Shown one piece after another: positions 37,331 to 49,400 of a stretch of 64,000 nucleotides of DNA. How positions within the stretch are numbered: position 1 is the first letter of the stretch; the number at the start of each line of letters is the position of its first letter. A model generated the notes under the pieces. The model ran no database searches, was not told where the DNA came from, and saw only the letters and a program-made list of their open reading frames with translations. The position numbers and the translations under genes are program-made. Source of the stretch: Azolla caroliniana (Eukaryota > Plantae > Polypodiophyta); contig JBHGNT010000007.1 in assembly GCA_043228905.1 (NCBI GenBank), positions 15,438,001-15,502,000 of the forward strand, written 5' to 3'.

Positions 37331-38404
37331 CAAAAGTAGAGGATATTTATTTCTGTACTTTATGAAAATCCTTGTTTAAGTATCTGACACGAAGACTTCG
37401 CCACGAGGATCGTGTCGTTGCCTTCAAATTTCAAGCTTGGGACACAAGGTTACATGAATTTTGGTGAAAGCAGTGTAAAACAAGTCATCAAATCATCTTG
37501 CCAGGAAATTCATATGTCAATACAAAGCCTTCGTCAAGAGGTTTGTGGGGGACTTTTCATATCTCTATTTCGACCACCGAGCAAAGAATTACATTGACCT
37601 GTAAATTTTCGAGTGACGAGAGTCGAACCTGCCACGCCAGCCAAAAGCAAAGTAGCATTTGCCCGATAGCGCCCAAAAGGCCGGGATGCAATTTTTAAAA
37701 TTAGCCCCCCACCCCTCCCCCCCATTAGGGAGGGGTATTTTTAATATTATACAACTATGTTCAATTTCACCCTGAAGAGGATAAATAATAATAATTAATT
37801 AAACCAACCTTCGACTTTGAGGGTTATAGTCAAAGCCTTCCTTCGACTCATGTTGCTACCACCATCGATGTATGTTACCACTTGTTGTTTGTCGTTGCCA
37901 TTGTCAATTGCCTCATTATATATATGATCCTCACTAATGTGAAAGTTTTTCTACAATATCAAATTGTTTTTCTTATTTTTCAATTTTTCTTTGGCCACAT
38001 ACTATCTTCTCTTTGTTTCTAATGAAATTTTTTTACATTTTCTAATCTCATCTTCAAGTGGTATGGTTATTTCCTTAAGACACTCATTCTCAATGACAAT
38101 AATTTATAGTTTTGCATTCTCTTTCATGAGTACCCTAATCTCTTCGCCTTGCTTGTTTATAATTTCTTGAAGAGAAAGCAAATGGATCGTAGGCATTGTC
38201 TCCATTGTGGTTGAGTTGTGTGGCATCAATATCAAGGATCTTTGGTGATATCAGCTCATTATTGATCATAGTTCTGGAATTTGTGGCTCCCTTATGAGTG
38301 TTTGTCATTGTAGCATAGATCTTGGTGTGAGCTTCGATTCAAGACGGAGCTTGTCAAAATCAAATCTCGTATGACCAAATTAAACAAACTTGATGAAGAA
38401 AACT

Positions 38405-38680
38405 AGAGAGAGAGAGAGAGAGATTGTATTATCAACTTCGAAAGTCAAATATAACCTATGAGACAAAACAAATATAACATTTTCACATTGTACATGTGAA
38501 AGTGAGTAGTGACTCTCAATGCTCAATAACTTTGCTAATGAATGTCGCAATTTTTTGGAAATAAAAAAATGAATGTCACAATTGAGAGTGCATACCGTCC
38601 ATTATTATTTAGTTCTTCATAGCTCTACCATTTTGTGTATGATAGAGTTCACTTTGCTAATGAATGTTGCACTTCATATG
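38405..38680 (-). mobile_element. Short 3'-terminal LINE fragment with (GA)n tail; possible ORF1-like coiled-coil remnant follows at ~37970-38310
   Basis: Homologous to 17530-17635 and 31150-31250; (GA)n at 38405-38423. Confidence 0.7.
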
Positions 38681-40822
38681 TACATGTAAAATTATTAGTT
38701 TCACATTCCAGTTTGCGTATGATATAGTTCACTTTTTTTTTTTAATATTTGTTGAAGGTTATTGAAAAATGTTAAATTGTTTTAGTTAATAGTTGTTCTA
38801 TGGGTGAACACATTTTGTTCACTTTCTTACTTCCATTTCCTTTATAGAACAAATTTTACTTAATTATATGATGTCATTTGCATTAAATAAAAAGAAATTT
38901 ATTCATATCACAACATAATACAATGGAACGTGTATATCTTGATCATGGCGTGTATAACTCTTAGAGGATAAAATTATAATGGTATTTGTGCCCTTGCATG
39001 AATGATGTTTTTTTTATACATTAACATTGTCAAATAGCAATGCAAAGGACTAGATGTACGACAGATTGGGGGCCAAGTAAAACTTATGAACATCATTTAC
39101 TTCCTATACAATCAATCATGTATACCTTTCTTCGTCCAAGGAAAGCCTTCGTTTTTTTCCTCCATGTTCACACCATCCTCGTAGAGACTATTTTGTGAAT
39201 TTGAGTTTGTTGATGGTCAATCAACAACACAATGACATTGATTTGTTTGGCATGATTGCTCACCGTGATGGCAACCAATACACCCTAACTACTGATCTTC
39301 AAGGTTATGAACACAAGTCCAAAAAAATGACCCATCAACTTTCCAATGTATAGCCCTCTACAAGGACACCTCACTCGATGTTATCAGCATTTATTTGCTC
39401 ATTCATGGAGTGCAAAGGGTTGACTCGATGGGCAACCCATGTTGTGGGGACGAGGTTTGGCAATTCCAAAGCACATCACTAAACCTTTTTTATTTGCACT
39501 AATGACACTTTGTAACACTTCTATCCAAGCAAGTTGGATGTGATCAGACTTGCCTAATCTTATCCAGGGTTTTTGGTCAAGATTGTTGCATTTTAGAGAT
39601 AGATTTCATTCTACTTTCTTTTTGGCAAGTAGAATGCCAATGAAAACTAAGTGAATTTCAGTCGGGCCAGCAACAATGTTTTCTGGGAATCTCGAGAAGA
39701 CCTTGACACGAAGCTATCCAACAACAATGGTTCATGTGGGGTCTAAAAGGTTTACAACGTGCGTCTGGATTGATGTCCGCATATATGGTGATGGTTGTCG
39801 GGACCATCAAGTCGTACCAATGTTTTTTTTATGGCTCAGTGGATGGACGAACGGGTAACGTCTTTGTCCTGCCAAGTCCCAAAGACGGACAAATGGGAAG
39901 AAGGGTGGTGCCAAATAATAATTTAGGAATCAGCAACGGTTCGGTTTCAGCTTAACCAGTTTGTCCATGTCCAAACCAAACCGGATAAGCCTTAAGCGGT
40001 TTGGGAGTTTCCAAACAAGGATGGTGCCATGTTGCCTCACGTTCTGATGATCATGTCAACGTGCAGACCCATTCAGCACCCACCTCTGCTCCATCATCAT
40101 TTTCATCCTCCTCCTCATTCTTTGTGAGATTCTCTGTGTTTCCATCTTGTGGGCTTCGCTTCATCTGCCATGGAATCTCCACCAGACAATTGGTTTCCTC
40201 TCTTTTTCACGTTTGGTTTAAACCGAAAACCCTAATTCTGAATCTGCTGTACCCCTCCTCGCCATAGCTAGAAACCCTTAAAACTCTTCTATAAAGCACA
40301 GCTCTAGAAGAACTGGATGGGGGTTCCTCTCCAAAAAGCTTCGTTTGGACTGTCTGCAAGTTGGATCCTCACTTGTCCCACCTTTTTAGCTCAAAAGACT
40401 ATCGTTTTGGAAGGATTTATGGTGTCCTTTTCTCGCATCCTGTACATCAGCAGTGCCACATCGTAAAAGGTAAGGGGAAACCAGAGCTTTTCCTGCAAGG
40501 AGATGTACGGTTCTTTCTTCGTTCAAAGTTTCCCGCCAATGAAATGCTTAGCCGGAGCAAGAGTGTGAAAGAGAAGAAGACAGAATAAAAATTAGCTTTC
40601 ATCTAAATTCTGCATTCCACTCCATATCCCACTAAGAAATAATTTGTGTGCGACTGTTAATTATGAAAAGCAAAAGATATATATATTGCCAAATACAAAA
40701 ATTATGTGTGAGAGAAAGATAGAGAGATAGAGAGAAATCTTTAGCTTTATTTACTTAAAACATTGTGGCTATGAGTTCTTGAATCCTCTGATTTTCTTGC
40801 AAAACAGGAATTTATAGATATA

Positions 40823-42122
40823 ATGTCGAACACTCTCAGAGGTCGAGCCCTGTCAATGCCAAAGCCAGTCTTATTTGACATGTTCCCAAGTGAATCTCCC
40901 CCTGAACAGATGAGCCCTGATGTGAGAGGTTCAAATGTAAGCTTCGATCGCTTCTGCTCTAACCTTCTTACGGAGGGGTTGTTGATTGGGAGCCCTCGGG
41001 AAGCATCATGGGATGGAGATGAATCCTCCACGAGTACTTCGCTTGAATCTTCTCCTCTTGGATGGACCCCTCCTCCTGTTTCGAGGGATAGTTCTCGGAT
41101 CGGGAAGTTGCATTCGTTGCCCAATTATATCACAAGCCGAGCTATGACCAATTGGGACGACAGAGGAGAGAAAAATATCGAAGACTCGTCTGGTGTTTCA
41201 GGTAAGGATATTTAAACACACCTATCGTTTTATTGGACTTAGGTCAATTGAAGCTTGTGTATGATGTTTTGGTAATGTTCATTTACTTAGACTACGTACA
41301 TGATTGAAATTTTTATATAATCTTTTTGGCAAGGATCTAGAAAGATATTTAAGGTAATTGAAGCCTTCATTCATCCTGTTGGATTGAGAGTTTGGTTATG
41401 GATATCTATGTTTTACATGAAGCTTCTCATATAAATAGTCCTTCTAGATCTACCCTATAACTTGGTTCTCCATCGGCTTGCTAAATTTAGAATATATGTG
41501 TCCATAAAATTTTTTACCTCATCTTTACTTGTAATATACTTCTGCTACACGATATCAGAGCATGATTTCATCAAATTTTAGCCATCTCTTTACTTATGAT
41601 ATGTTGCATGATACATGGATCTTTGGGTTTGGAGACATGCTAGATTAACAACATTTGTGTGCTTATAAGAAAATTTAGCCACAACTTTATTAGTAATATG
41701 CTTGATACCACACGATTTAACCTGTTGTTTTTGTTTCTTTTTCATGTCTTGTACAGAAATGGAAATGATGAAAGAGCGGTTTGCAAAACTACTTCTGGGT
41801 GAAGATCATTCAGGCGGTGGAAAAGGAGTGTCGAGTGCCCTCGCCATCTCAAATGCTATCACCAACCTCTCTGGTATTGTCCCAACCCTAATGCGGAAAA
41901 GAATCATACAATATAAGGAAAATTTATAGAAGTGGGCCAAAGTATATGGGGTAAAAAAATATCAAGCCTATCTACACCTGTATTCCTAATCATATCAATA
42001 TATTATGCCCTGGGTCAAAGCTTCCCATACACTCGACTTACTTGATCTCAAATATATGATTAACTTTATTGAATTTGTTAATAAATATAGGAAAGCGCTA
42101 TTTGCCCCCCCATTTTGGCTAT

Positions 42123-42153
<31 letters not shown>

Positions 42154-45100
42154 TTTATATTAATTCCTCAATATAGCGCTTTCCTCAATATATTAATTCA
42201 TTAATCTATTATTCGTATATGTTGACATTGATCTCTATCCTAATTCATTCATTGTTAATCTGTATTCTAATTTATTCAGTTAGTCCTCTGTTGATCATAA
42301 ATTTGTAAGTGTTAGTCAGCATTCTAATTAATGGATTAATTGATTAATCAAGCATATGTACATCTTATTCCCACAATACCAGATTCTCTTTGTGTGAATG
42401 TTAATTGCATACTGAAACTCCAAAAATAAAGTTATCCATCCCATATATTATTATCAAATTCAATCAAGTTAATGCCATAAATTAGAATGGAGACTGGGTT
42501 GAAACCAGCATTTTGGACCAAGGGTATAATATATCAATATTAGTGTAACTACCAGGGGTAAGCTTGATGTTACTACCCCACATATGACAGGCCACATACT
42601 GATTTTCAATTCCGCAATTTCTAATGTCATCTGTGTAAATCTTAATTCTCATACAGAAACCATTTAGTCATATAACATTTTAATCAAACACAACAATAAA
42701 GTTATTCATTACATGTAAAGAATAAAATTTATTAAATATAAATTCAATCAAGCTAATCCAATAGGTTAAGCATAAAATAGGTAGAAGAATAAAATTTATT
42801 AAATATAAATTCAATCAAGCTAATCCAATAGGTTAAGCATAAAATAGGTAGAAGAATAAAATTTATTAAATATAAATTCAATCAAGCTAATTCAATAGAT
42901 TTAGCATAAAATAGGTTGGAGAATAAAAATAGGCCACAAAATTAATAATATCCCCAAAATATGTTAGTAATATTTTGAGGAACCAAATAGGGCTTTTACA
43001 AGATGGTTTACAAGGAGCGTTGTATTTTCTGCAATTGATCTCTGCAAGATAGCCACATCCTTTGTTGTGACACAAAACAGAACATCCTCTTACTCGCATA
43101 ATTTATCGTTGCTTGAATACTCCATGTGTTCAATGCCTGCTATACAAATCTGTAAGAAAGACACTCTGTAAAAGGCCTGTTTTGGTAAAATTATTGGTGG
43201 CCTAGTTTGGGGATATCATTGATTTTTGTTGCCTATTTCTATCCATCTCCCATAAATTAATTCCAAAACAGGGGAAGCTTTGACCAAGGCAAAAAATTCT
43301 GACATTTCTAGATATACAAGTATGCTTGATATTATTACCCCATATCCGACTGACCACTTTCTCTATTTCAGTTTCTGTTTTTGGACAGTTATATAAGCTA
43401 GAACCTTTGGATGTGGGGCGAAAGGTTAGATGGCAGAGAGAGATGGGCTGGATCCTCTCTGTCTGCGATTATATTGTCGACTTTGTTCCTTCTGAACAAC
43501 TTATGCCAAATGGTACCAGCACCCAGGTTGGGATTTCTAATATTGTTCTTTTCTATACATATTTTTATACATTCAGATGAAGTTCCCTCTAGTGTCCAAT
43601 AGTTCTCATTTGGCATTCCATTGACGGAGATACATATTTATGTCTAGGTCATGATCACGAAGCCTCGGAAGGATCTTCTCGAGTCACTTCCAGCCTTACG
43701 AAAACTTGACAACATGCTCCTAGTATGTATATTTCATGCTAGATCTCTAATTTTTCTTGTGACCAATGCTTTATAAGAAACACCAGAAACACACACTTTA
43801 AGACTAATCCATTCACAGGAGGCTCTAGACAGTTTCGACCGAGTGGAATTTTGGTATGTTGGTGAGAAGGATGCAAAAAGACATTTTCAGCAAGAAGAAA
43901 AGTGGTGGCTCCCAACTGCGAGAGTTCCACCAGATGGCTTATCTGCAGATGCAAGGAGTCATCTAGAACACCAGAAGGGGAGTGTGAACCAGATATTTAA
44001 AATGGCATTAGAGATCAATGCCATAGTTCTATCTGACATGGAAATTCCAGATGTCTATTGGAAGGGACTACCAAAGGTACATGATTCAAATAAAGAGCTG
44101 CTTTATGGTATCCAAAATCTGCGCACTTTTTTATGTGCTTTTCTGGGGACTTTGGTAGCAGATGTGTTGTGATGGATTATTCAAGGATTTTGGATACCAT
44201 GTTTTCATTTTGTTTAACAATATCAAAATACTTGTGCACTTTTTTATGGGTTCAAGAAGGAATTTTTGCATAGTAGATTTTCATTGTGGCCTTGTTTAAT
44301 GCTATAAAAAGTTTGCACTTGTTCGTGGATTCTTTAATAGTTTTGGATTTTTAGTCTTCTTTGTGGCCTTATTATACAGTATCAAAAATCTCTGCACATT
44401 TGATGAATTCGTCAATGGTTTTTGAAATTTGGGTTTGACTTTTGATGAACTTCTTCAAAGATTTTCTGAATATTGGGGGTTTCAATTGACTTTGTAAGTG
44501 ATATCCAACAAAATCACACACTTTTGAAGGGTTGTTGGATATTGGGTTTTCACTTTGACTTCATTACTTTATGAAAGTTATCCGATCCATCCCGACTTGA
44601 GGAATGCTTTCATGGTACTTTGGGTGAAAGCTAAAAGTTTTTCAATCTGCTCATTTTTCCTTCTGATATCTAGATGTTTTGCAGAATGCGAGAACAGTCC
44701 TAGGTGATATGCTATATCGTGCAATTTCATCAAAGAGTTTTTCTCCTGATGCCCTCATTCTTTCTCTGGATCCGAGTCAAGAGCACAATATCATAGAGCT
44801 TGTGAATCGTATCAATTCTGCTGTATGCATATGGCAGAAGAAGCTCGACTCTCGACTAATGCAAATGGAAGGAAAGGAAGGTGTACAAACTGTCTCCAAA
44901 TCTGTTTCCTCTGATCAAGAAATGCAAATACACAATGCTCAAAATATGTTAATATTGATAAAGCATAAATTTCCAGGCTTGTCTCAGTCACAATTAGACA
45001 TGAGTAAAATACAATACAATAAAGATGTTGGCCATTCCATCCTTGAGAGCTACTCGAGAGTACTGGAAAGCCTAGCTTTTAATGTATTGTCGAGAATTAA

Positions 45101-45392
45101 CGAGGTCTTACAAGCCGATGATGCAGCCAAATATAATTCTACATCAGTAATATCCCAAATGTCAAACAAGCCTAATTTCTACTCACACAAAAGTCCATAT
45201 GCACATCCATCTGGCATGCCGAAATCCTCAAGTGTTCATGCCATACATGCTTCCTCTCATTCCCAACCAGTGCAAAGCAAGAGTCTCTCTGACTTCATTG
45301 GGTATAACGGGAGGGATACAGAAGGTAATGCATCGGAGCATCGTGACAAATCGCCACATTGGTACTTATGGAGCCCTCAAAGAAGAGGTTGA
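40823..45392 (+). CDS. ROPGEF: Rop guanine nucleotide exchange factor (PRONE domain), ~563 aa, 6 coding exons
   Basis: Exons 40823-41201, 41757-41873, 43372-43526, 43648-43722, 43819-44076, 44685-45392; GT-AG, 1692 nt in frame. Motifs [79 protein letters not shown]. Probable 5'-UTR intron 40470-40807. Confidence 0.96.
41926..43366. mobile_element. Degenerate long-TIR (fold-back/Mutator-like) element filling RopGEF intron 2
   Basis: ~100-bp inverted arms at 41926-42026 and 43272-43366, a third arm copy at ~42510-42608, and an inner inverted pair 42917-43002 / 43165-43252. No TSD recognised. Confidence 0.55.
42718..42930. repeat. 67-bp AT-rich tandem repeat x~3.2
   Basis: AATAAAATTTATTAAATATAAATTCAATCAAGCTAAT... 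starts at 42721, 42788 and 42855. Confidence 0.92.
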
Positions 45393-46494
45393 TGAGATCG
45401 CTAACAAACCAATAGTTACATACATCAGTAAGGTACATTATTCTCGTGAAGCTAATCTTATGTTGAGCAACATATAATCATTCCATTTATGGAGTCAGTT
45501 AGGCTAATGATATACTCCAGCCTTGATGACCATAAAAACATATAATGACCCAACTTCAAAGAAAGAACTTTGATGTTGGACCTACTAAAATTGTTTATTA
45601 ATGTAACTTGTAACTTAACTCGTTCTTTCATATCGATTTGATTAGTCGTTGAATGAAGGATTCAGAAAATTTTGTTGGCTTAAACCTTTGCTAAGATCAG
45701 AACCTGTTCTTTTGTGCCACCAATAACATTTGTGTTTATAAGCACTTTTCATGACTTACATGTTTTCTGGGATTAAATCTGTGTTGTACGCCATCGTCAC
45801 ATTTTACTGCATAGTACCTTTCATTCTGCACTAAATATCTTTTGAAAAGCGCTATAATATTATTTCTAAAAAGCTTCGCTTTTAAACCTTCTTCAAAGAT
45901 CTTGCAACACAAATAAAAAATATAAAAAAGCTTGAACAAAATCATTCTGGAGTTTAATCAAATTTCGGGTATCTGAATGCAACACATCTATCAGACTACT
46001 GGTTTCAATTATGAACGCAACACAGAACATTTATTTAATTAGTGTAATCATAACTAATTACATTAATTTACAGATTAATAGATTAACAATTAATCAGGTT
46101 TCCAACAACTTCCACTATGATTTCATGCAGAGATGAATCAAATATCACTAGAATATTCTATGTGAGACATCTAGCACAATCAAATTCAACTATATTTCAA
46201 GCCACACAAAGCTTAGCCAATTCGAAGAGAAACTAAAATCTTTATGTTAACCTCTTCAAAAGAGGCCTACACCATAATCAATAGATGCATCTCTCAGGAG
46301 AGAAGTAAAAACATCTCATCTTTCACCGCAAGCAGGCAACTTCACCATCACCAATCTTCAAAAAACATTTGTATGAACTTATATATAAGAGTACATTGTG
46401 GGTGTGTGTGTGTGTGTATCATAAAGTTAGACTTTACAAGTATGTATATATATGATAGGCTTAATTAAAGGGTTAGTAACGGGACGTAATAAAA

Positions 46495-49400
46495 TCATGA
46501 ATTATGTGTTCTTTTGACCTTCGGCATGTGGCGCTTACAATATTTAGATCCCGCCTCTGCACCTTGCAAGCATCTCCACTTCCTCCCATCTGTTTTAGAA
46601 CAACGCCCAGCAAACTTATTCACCTTCTGATCCTCTGATGAACATATCTTCATCTGTGATTCCCCCATCTCCAATTGTTTAACTGTAAGGCTACTAATGC
46701 TTTGATCCATGTCCAGTATACTAGACCCACCATGTGTCCCTTCTTCTTGCTTAACATTAGACCCACCTTGTCTATCTTCTGGTTTAGTTAGTCTACCATG
46801 ATCAGAACTTACCACTTTGTCATTCAATATTATGCATCTTCTATCAGTTACAGCCGTCGAGCTTAACAAACTTGCAAGCTCACGCATGCCAGTCGATCTC
46901 ATTTTCTTAGCTTTTGCAGGAGTCATACCAACATTATCGTTCATAAAAGTCTTACTGTTATTACATAGCTTTGAACCCTGGTCCTCCCTAATATCTTCTT
47001 CTTCTTCTTCTTCTTCTTCTTCCCTGTAGCTATGGCATCCAATAACTAAATCCAAATCATGCACTTGTGGCATTCTCTTCCTCTTATGCATTTGTTCCTT
47101 TTGAACCTCCACTGCTCCTAAATCCCCACTAATAGTAACCTTCCTCTTCCTTGTTTCCGCTCGCTTCCCATGCCTCTGCCATCTTTGTTTGAATGCTGCC
47201 TTGTGAGAGCAACTGTATGATGATTTTCTCTCTTCTATCTCATGAGAACCTAGCTTATGATTTTCATCAGTAGCTCCGCCAATACTTGCTTTATGGGCAC
47301 ATTGTGGAAGCTTTAGCACCTTATGTGCCAAAGAATGAAATTTCCCCTTTACCTGCTGATTCTTGGGTTTTTTGCATAGAGTCGGCTGGAATGGGCTACT
47401 TTTTTCTTCCCCATTCTTCCATAGTCCATAGCCCTCATTTCCAAAGTTAGTTGTTTCAACACATGATTCTATTAGAGCGAACCGGCAACCAGGGAGCTCT
47501 TTTACACTCGGAAGCGTTCTAAGGGTCAACTTGACCTGTAATGCTTGAGGTTTATGAGAGCCTAAAAGCTCCGTCTTTCCCTCTTCTAGTAGCTTCTTCA
47601 ATACTTCATAAACAGTCAAGCCATGATTTCCAGATTCCACAAGCATGGAAAGTAAAACTTCTGACAAGGACTTTGCTTGTTTTTCACCTCCAGACTTAGT
47701 AGGATCATTCATTGACTTCTCTGAAATCCTCTGCCTTTTCCTCCCTGTTTCTGCTTGGATGTCTACAACAGCAAACTTCTTCCTTCTTCCTTTGCTTCTT
47801 TTGTAGTTTGAGAGGCAGCCTACATCTTTTCCTAGGGGTTGTCTTTGCTTACACATGGCCTCAGTACAGAAACTATCAGATACCTGTTCTCCGTGTACAG
47901 CCTTCTTGCATTTAGCACCAGCATCAATATGCAGATATTGAGATTGATTAAGCTTAGAAATTCCAATGTCTGGGAGATGACTCATGCTCGCATTTGAATG
48001 AAAAGTATGTTCGTGGGTGTAATGTTTATGAATCAGCCCATTGGATGGGCAATCTTCATGGCTGCTGTTTCCTGAGCCTTTCATATCATAAGAGAGAACC
48101 TGTTTAGCTCCGTTAATATCAGAAGCATGACCATCAAAACATACTTCCTGATCCAAAAGATTGCATTCATTTGCTTGACATCCTGTAGTTGTGGAACTCT
48201 CTGAAGTTATACACTTCAAACTTGGAAGGGAACAATTAATAGAATGACTAGGGCCCATATACTCAATGGATGATAAGAAAAGGTTATCATCTGCGAGTAA
48301 TATGGGAACAATGGATTCAGACAACGATGCTACTCTGTTGTCCTCTTTAGGAAAAGATGACTGAATTCCTGACCACAAATCTACACCATTCCAATTAATT
48401 CCAAGCTCTTCACGTGAAGATGGATTAGAGTTGCCTGATTTTGCATTCTCTTTCTCGATATTTGAATAACGACTCATGTGAGAAGACAAGAAAGCCTGAT
48501 CAGTATTCTCATCTTTAGCTTTATCGACTGTATTGAATATATGGTGATCTAGAGGTGTTGAAGCCATTGTAGTAGTACTTACAACTTCCTTTGGTTTTTG
48601 GTGGTTCTCACAAGCTAGCATTATATTCTTATTCATGCCAGACGCTTTCCTAAGATCACCATCCAACCATGACGGGGATTCATTCATAGTGCTTATTTTT
48701 GAAGAACTAATCTGTTGCATTTCTGGCAAAGGCAAGTTTTCCAAAGGTTGCGAGTTGAGTACAGAATGGATGAGGCCTTCCTTTGGTATTTTGTTAAAAG
48801 GGCTATCCTCTGCAATAGTCATGCTATTACCAAACTCATTGCCATGTTCAGCGAAATTAGTTGAGTTTTCCTGTTGTTGGACAACAAGGGATTTTGATGA
48901 TTTCAATTCAAGGGCAGCTACAGAAGGTGAACGAATATGTTGAAACTGAGAGTTGTATGCAGAACTGCTTCCATTAGCAAATTGATCAGGCGATGGATCG
49001 ACTAACGAATTAGTTCCGTACACGAATTCATCAGAAGCATTATTATAAACATTCTTGCTCAACGTGTTGGGAGAGCCAACTATAGAATTGGCGATGAATG
49101 GATGAGAACCAAACTGTACAGTTTTCTGTTGAGCCTTATGAACCTTCCAAAAATTAGTCTTCTGCTGCAAAGACACATTACTGAACTTCTGTTCATGAGC
49201 ATTAGAAACCTCCGCATTGATCTGTTCACCAGCATTAAAAGACTTCAAGGATTCGGCGTTCTGTTGAACTTTCAATTGAAGTTTTGACACCTGCAAAGAT
49301 GAACTGCTAGCCTTGTGTTCTTGAGCACTATCAGCCTTCAAAAAAGACTCGGCCTTTCCTTGATCAGACTTAGAAACCTGCAATGATCCTACACTACCCT

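Noticed and set aside
37706-37760. Hairpin ACCCCTCCC...GGGAGGGGT resembling a Helitron 3' end
   Set aside because: No CTRR terminus at the expected distance and no identifiable 5' TC end.
38900-39960. Short ORFs upstream of RopGEF
   Set aside because: No domain motifs or splice-consistent model; probably intergenic or old TE debris.
46495-46530. Possible GRF identity or miR396 site after the WRC finger
   Set aside because: No QLQ domain and no RSRKxVE-coding miR396 target; the ORF ends 10 codons after the finger.
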